Part shown: positions 43,017 through 46,997 of the stretch, in pieces
How the letters are laid out: every line of letters begins with the position of its first letter
Position numbering within the stretch: position 1 is the stretch's first letter
DNA from: a virus
Lineage: Duplodnaviria > Caudoviricetes
DNA: 46,997 nucleotides
Virus record (IMG/VR): IMGVR_UViG_3300048574_000506
Location: 1-46,997 of that record
Direction: 5' to 3' (one strand)
Position numbers and translations under genes: made by a program
Notes under the pieces: model-generated
What the model was told of the DNA's origin: nothing
What the model saw: the letters and a program-made list of their open reading frames with translations, nothing else
The model's database searches: none

Positions 43017-43723
43017 CCACGTCCCGCGGCATCCTGGCCCCGCGCCATCGCTGGACGAAGCGCGAGCTCGCCGTGCTAGATCGGTGCTACCCGCACGAGC
43101 GCACGACGGACCTGGCGCGTCGGCTGGGTCTGCCGCTCGCGAGCGTCTATGCGATGGCGAACAACCGCGGTCTGCACAAGAGCGCGGCGTTCCTGGCGAG
43201 CGACAGGAGCGGCCGGATCCTGCGCGGCGGCCGTCTCAGTGTTGCCACCCAGTTCAAGCCCGGCCAGGCGCCGGCGAACAAGGGCCTGCGCCGGCCGGGC
43301 TGGTATCGCGGCCGCATGCGCGAGACGCAGTTCAGGAAGGGCGAGGTCCGCGGCCGCGCCGCGCAGATCGTGAAGCCGATCGGTGCCGAGCGCGTGAGCA
43401 AAGACGGTTACCTCGAGCGCAAGGTGAACCACAACCTGCCGTTCCAGAAGCGCTGGAAGGCCGCGCACCGCATCGTCTGGGAGGCCGCCCACGGGCCCGT
43501 GCCGCCCGGCCACGCGGTGGCTTTCCTGCCGGGACGTTTCACGGCCGTGCGCGAGGATCTGACCGTGGACCGTCTCGAGCTCATCACCCGCGCCGAGCTC
43601 GCCCGACGCAACCGCATGTGGACGCGCTACCCGAAACCCATCGCCGAGGCGGCGCACCTGCTCGGCCAGGTCACGCGCCGCATCCGCGAACGCGAGGAAC
43701 GTAATGGCGTATCAGATCGATAA
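43013..43723 (+). CDS. HNH endonuclease-domain protein with N-terminal HTH and FKPG repeats
   Basis: Motifs WTKREL, TQFKPGQ/TQFRKGE and HRIVWEAAHGPVPPGH…LELITRAELARRN. Confidence 0.8.
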   Translation: MTTSRGILAPRHRWTKRELAVLDRCYPHERTTDLARRLGLPLASVYAMANNRGLHKSAAFLASDRSGRILRGGRLSVATQFKPGQAPANKGLRRPGWYRGRMRETQFRKGEVRGRAAQIVKPIGAERVSKDGYLERKVNHNLPFQKRWKAAHRIVWEAAHGPVPPGHAVAFLPGRFTAVREDLTVDRLELITRAELARRNRMWTRYPKPIAEAAHLLGQVTRRIREREERNGVSDR

Positions 43724-43952
43724 CCTGAGAGAGCACCTGTTCGCGACCCTCGAGGCGCTGCGCGACAAGGACAAGCCCATGGACATCGACCGCGCGAAAG
43801 CCATCGCCGACGTCGCGCGCGTCGTGGTCGAGACAGCCAAGGTCGAGGTCCAGCACATCAACGCCGTCGGCGGCAGCGGCAGCGGCTTCCTGCCGGGTCC
43901 GGAGCCTGTGTCGCCGAAGCGCCCCGCTCAGATAGGCAAGGACCGCTCATGA
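43704..43952 (+). CDS. Small conserved partner of the HNH protein
   Basis: Motif IDNLREHLFATLEALRD…DIDRAKAIADVA…AKVEV; RBS GAGG. Confidence 0.75.
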   Translation: MAYQIDNLREHLFATLEALRDKDKPMDIDRAKAIADVARVVVETAKVEVQHINAVGGSGSGFLPGPEPVSPKRPAQIGKDRS

Positions 43953-45754
43953 AACCCATCAAGCTGGGCGCCGTCACGTTCGGCGTCGACGAGCTCGCCT
44001 CCCAGGGCAATGCAATCCTCGGCATCCGCGACTCGGGCAAGAGTTACACCGCAACGTGGCTCGCCGAGCAGCTCCTCGAGGCCGGCATCCCGATCGTGGC
44101 GTTCGATCCGATCGGGATCTGGCGCTATCTGCGCGTGCCTGGCGCCGGGGCGGGCTATCAGGTCGTCGTGGCCGGTGGCGAACATGGTGACCTGCCGCTG
44201 ACACCGCAGTCGGCTCCGGAGATCGTGCGCGCGGCGATGCGCGAGAACGTCTCGCTCGTCATTGACCTCTACTCGATGGAGCTCTCGAAGGCCGACTGGA
44301 AGCGCATCGTAGAGGCCTCGGTGCGGGTGCTGCTGTACGAGAACCGCGCGCACGGCCTGCGGCATCTCTTCATCGAGGAGGCGGCCGAGTTCTGTCCGCA
44401 GCGCGTCGGGCCCGATCAGGGGCGCGTGTACGCCGAGATCGAGAAGCTTGCTCGCATGGGCGGCAACTCGTTGCTCGGCTACACGCTCATCAACCAGCGC
44501 GCCGAGGAGGTCAACAAAGCCGTCCTCGAGCTCTGCGACTGCCTCTTCCTGCACCGCCAGAAGGGCCGCAACTCGCTCACGGCGCTCTCGAAGTGGCTCG
44601 ATATCGCCGATGCGAAGGGTTCGCGCGAGATTCTGCAGTCGCTCCCGCAACTCGGCCAGGGCGAATGCTGGATCTGGCCCGCCGGCACGGATCGCCCGAC
44701 GCGCGTGAAAGTGCCGACGAAGCGGTCTTTCCATCCGAACCGCCGGCTCACGCGCGCGCAGCTCAGCGAGCGCCAGGCGGTGCCGATCGACGTCGGCGCG
44801 TTCGTCCAGTCGCTGAAGACCTCGCTCGAGGCGCACCTGGCCGAGGCCGCGGCAAACGACCCGGCGGCGCTGAAAGCCGAAATGTCCCGGTTGCACGCGC
44901 GCATCGAGGAACTCGAGGCGCAGTCCCCGGTTTCCGATCCGGTCGTCGACCAGACCGCGCTCGAGGCGGCGAAGCTCGAGGGATATGCCGAGGGACATGA
45001 CGCGGCGCTCGGGATCGGCCGGCATGCGATCAGCGCCATCCGCGAGGCGTTGGCGGCCTTCGCCAACTCGGTGGATCTCGCCAGCACGTCTTTCCACAGC
45101 GGCGCGAGCACGGCGAGCAACTTCCTCGCCACGCGCCCGCCCTTTCCCGACGCGGCCGTGCCTCCGACTCAGCCGCGATCGGCGTCGCCGGCGCGCAGTC
45201 CGGAAGTCGTCTCGGGGTCGACGCGGCAGGTGAAGCTGCCGCCGCCGGCCCCGGGGCGCGTTGACGAACGCGGCCGGGGCAACGGCGCCGGCGCGCCGCT
45301 GCCGAAGGCCGAGCGGCTGATCCTGACCGCGCTTGCGCAGTACCCGGGCGGCCGCACGCATACGCAGGTGGCGATCCTGACCGGCTACGCCGCAAACGGC
45401 GGAGGTTTCCGAAACGCCGTGGGTGCGCTGCGCGGCCGCGGCTGTCTCGCCGGCGGCAGCGATCGCCTGCAGATCACGCCGGCAGGCGTGAAGGCGCTCG
45501 GTCGGTTCGATCCCCTGCCGCGCGGCCGCGCGCTGCTGCAACACTGGCTCGGCCAGCTCCCGAAGGCCGAGCGCAAGGCGCTCGAGGAACTCGCGAGCGT
45601 CTATCCGCGCACGCTGTCCACCGAACAACTGGCCTCACGCTCGGGTTACGAGGCAAACGGCGGAGGGTTCCGGAACGCCCTCGGTAAGCTGCGCACGCTC
45701 GAGCTCATCAGGGGGCGCGGCGAGTTGAAGGCCTCGGAGGATCTGTTCGGATGA
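43949..45754 (+). CDS. HerA/DUF87-like P-loop ATPase with coiled coil and two C-terminal winged-HTH-like repeats
   Basis: Walker A GIRDSGKS, FDPIG, Walker B LFIEEA and INQR; duplicated LPKAER…GY(A/E)ANGGGFRNA(V/L)G domain. Confidence 0.82.
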   Translation: MKPIKLGAVTFGVDELASQGNAILGIRDSGKSYTATWLAEQLLEAGIPIVAFDPIGIWRYLRVPGAGAGYQVVVAGGEHGDLPLTPQSAPEIVRAAMRENVSLVIDLYSMELSKADWKRIVEASVRVLLYENRAHGLRHLFIEEAAEFCPQRVGPDQGRVYAEIEKLARMGGNSLLGYTLINQRAEEVNKAVLELCDCLFLHRQKGRNSLTALSKWLDIADAKGSREILQSLPQLGQGECWIWPAGTDRPTRVKVPTKRSFHPNRRLTRAQLSERQAVPIDVGAFVQSLKTSLEAHLAEAAANDPAALKAEMSRLHARIEELEAQSPVSDPVVDQTALEAAKLEGYAEGHDAALGIGRHAISAIREALAAFANSVDLASTSFHSGASTASNFLATRPPFPDAAVPPTQPRSASPARSPEVVSGSTRQVKLPPPAPGRVDERGRGNGAGAPLPKAERLILTALAQYPGGRTHTQVAILTGYAANGGGFRNAVGALRGRGCLAGGSDRLQITPAGVKALGRFDPLPRGRALLQHWLGQLPKAERKALEELASVYPRTLSTEQLASRSGYEANGGGFRNALGKLRTLELIRGRGELKASEDLFG

Positions 45755-46110
45755 TGACGCTGACACTGACCGAAGCGGCGCGGCTCGCCCACTGCTCGCC
45801 GGACACCCTGGCCGACCTGGCGCGCGCCGGAGAAGCGCCGGGTACGAAGATCGGCCGCTCTTGGGTATTCTCCGAGCGCCTGCTCGTCGAATGGATCGAA
45901 AAACGATGTCTATCTACCGCCGAGAGGGCTCCCCGCAATGGTGGGTCCGGTTCTCAGTCGCTGGCGTCAAGGTTAGGAAGTCTGCGGGCACGGCGGATCG
46001 CGCGCTTGCCGAAGCGTTCGAGCGTCGCGAGTACGAGCGCGTCTTCCGCCTGCGACGACTCGACGAACGTGGTGCCCATACGTTCGGTGAAGCTTCCGCC
46101 CGCTGGCTAA
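45751..46110 (+). CDS. xis: Excisionase-like HTH protein
   Basis: Motif LTLTEAARLAHCSPDTL…PGTKIGRSWVF…LVEWI directly upstream of, and overlapping, the integrase. Confidence 0.8.
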   Translation: MMTLTLTEAARLAHCSPDTLADLARAGEAPGTKIGRSWVFSERLLVEWIEKRCLSTAERAPRNGGSGSQSLASRLGSLRARRIARLPKRSSVASTSASSACDDSTNVVPIRSVKLPPAG

Positions 46111-46997
46111 CGGAGACACGCAAGCGCAGCCGGGACAAGGACGAGGCGATCCTCGCCTGGTTCGACGAGCACCTGCGCAACGAGGCGCTCGACACCATAG
46201 ACCGCGACGCCATCGATGAGCTGCGCGGGCTGCTGGCCGACGAGGGGCGCGCGCTCGCGACGGTGGATCGGTACATGGCGCTGCTGCGCGCGATCCTGCG
46301 CAAGGCGCATCGCGAATGGCGCTGGCTCGACAGCCTGCCCGCGGTGCCCATGCACCGGCCGCCGTCCGCAGAACCGCGATTTCTGACGCGGGAGGAATTC
46401 GCGCGATTGCGCGGGGAGTTGCCGGCGCACCTGCAGCTCGCGGCCGACATCGCGGTACGCACGGGGTTGCGGATGCGCTCGATGCTCGCGCTGACGTGGG
46501 ATCGCATCGACTTGAGGGCCCGCCGGGCGTGGATACCGGGCGAGCAGATGAAGGGCGGTCGTGCGCATGGCCTGCCGCTGTCGCGGGAGGTCTGCCGCAT
46601 TCTGAAGCGCTCGAGGGGTCCGGGCGCTCACGTTTTCACGTTCGAGGGGCACCCCGTCAACGACTGCAACACCGCGGCCTTTCAGAAGGCCGTACAGCGC
46701 GCGCAGGTCGGGCCGCTGCGCTGGCACGACCTGCGGCACACCTGGGCGTCCTGGGCCGTCCAAGGCGGCGTGACGCTGCAGGAGCTCATGGAACTCGGCG
46801 GGTGGAAGAGCTACGCGATGGTGCTCCGGTACGCGCATCTCGCGCCGGATCACCTCGCTGCGGCCGCGGAAAAAGTGCGTACTCGCGTACAAACCGGGCA
46901 CAGCGGAAAACGGGCGAAGCGCGCAAGTGCCGGAAATATAACTGGAAAGGGAGGGACTCGAACCCTCGACCCCGGCATTATGAGTGCCGTGCTCTAA
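45906..46997 (+). CDS. int: Tyrosine integrase; ORF reads through the att core
   Basis: Arm-binding N-terminus MSIYRREGSPQWWVRF; catalytic motifs TGLR, MKGG, WHDLRHTWASW, LGGW and RYAHL. Confidence 0.96.
   Translation: MSIYRREGSPQWWVRFSVAGVKVRKSAGTADRALAEAFERREYERVFRLRRLDERGAHTFGEASARWLTETRKRSRDKDEAILAWFDEHLRNEALDTIDRDAIDELRGLLADEGRALATVDRYMALLRAILRKAHREWRWLDSLPAVPMHRPPSAEPRFLTREEFARLRGELPAHLQLAADIAVRTGLRMRSMLALTWDRIDLRARRAWIPGEQMKGGRAHGLPLSREVCRILKRSRGPGAHVFTFEGHPVNDCNTAAFQKAVQRAQVGPLRWHDLRHTWASWAVQGGVTLQELMELGGWKSYAMVLRYAHLAPDHLAAAAEKVRTRVQTGHSGKRAKRASAGNITGKGGTRTLDPGIMSAVL
46941..46984. repeat. Right attachment site (44-bp core region)
   Basis: Identical to 2692-2735. Confidence 0.97.
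46943..46997 (-). tRNA. tRNA with CAT anticodon (elongator Met most likely, Ile2 not excluded); 5' end lies beyond the window
   Basis: The minus strand reads TTAGAGCA-CGGCA-CTCATAA-TGCCG-GGGTC-GAGGG-TTCGAGT-CCCTC-CCTTTCC-A. No encoded CCA. Confidence 0.88.

Larger units (their letters stand above)
2692..46984. mobile_element. Complete HK97/lambda-like siphoviral prophage integrated at tRNA(CAT)
   Basis: Exact 44-bp terminal direct repeats, a tyrosine integrase at one end, and a full set of immunity, replication, packaging, head, tail and lysis genes with no obvious disabling lesions. Confidence 0.96.

Noticed and set aside
1-45754. SIR2-HerA (Nezha-type) defence system formed by the SIR2 gene and the HerA-like ATPase
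   Set aside because: The genes are 41 kb apart, on opposite sides of the att boundary, and differ in base composition. SIR2-HerA systems are adjacent operons.
40505-46901. Long minus-strand ORFs opposite parB, the ATPase and int
   Set aside because: Antisense shadows of well-supported genes.

Overview
Most of the window is one apparently complete, GC-rich, lambdoid/HK97-type siphoviral prophage. It spans 2692-46984 (unit length 44,249 bp), is bounded by an exact 44-bp direct repeat and is integrated in the 3' half of a minus-strand tRNA with a CAT anticodon. The minus-strand late operon runs from a Q-like antiterminator and pR'-like promoter through a ~6.6-kb accessory block (signal-peptide Ig/FN3 protein, Ig/jelly-roll protein, propeller-like protein, sulfotransferase, LamG-like protein, fibre-like genes), then HNH-terS-terL-portal-protease-capsid, neck and tail genes, a PagL-like lipid A deacylase and an atypical GH19 lysis cassette. 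The early region has cro/cI with a 23-bp inverted operator-promoter repeat, a DUF1376-type initiator with iterons, a RuvC-like resolvase, RecT, ParB, an HD hydrolase, an HNH protein, a HerA/DUF87-like ATPase, xis and a tyrosine integrase. A HicAB-like pair sits at the left prophage end. Outside the prophage (1-2610) is a lower-GC gene with a SIR2 domain and a probable PIN-like domain, likely a defence gene in a second element at the same tRNA. Three things stand out. (i) The att core lies inside the integrase ORF, so integration and excision swap its C-terminus (…IMSAVL in the prophage, …IMRAARLRKSAA, an ssrA-like end, in the excised circle). (ii) The late operon opens with a sulfotransferase-containing appendage/surface module. 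(iii) The SIR2-PIN gene. All protein calls come from motif recognition by eye; no database searches were run.
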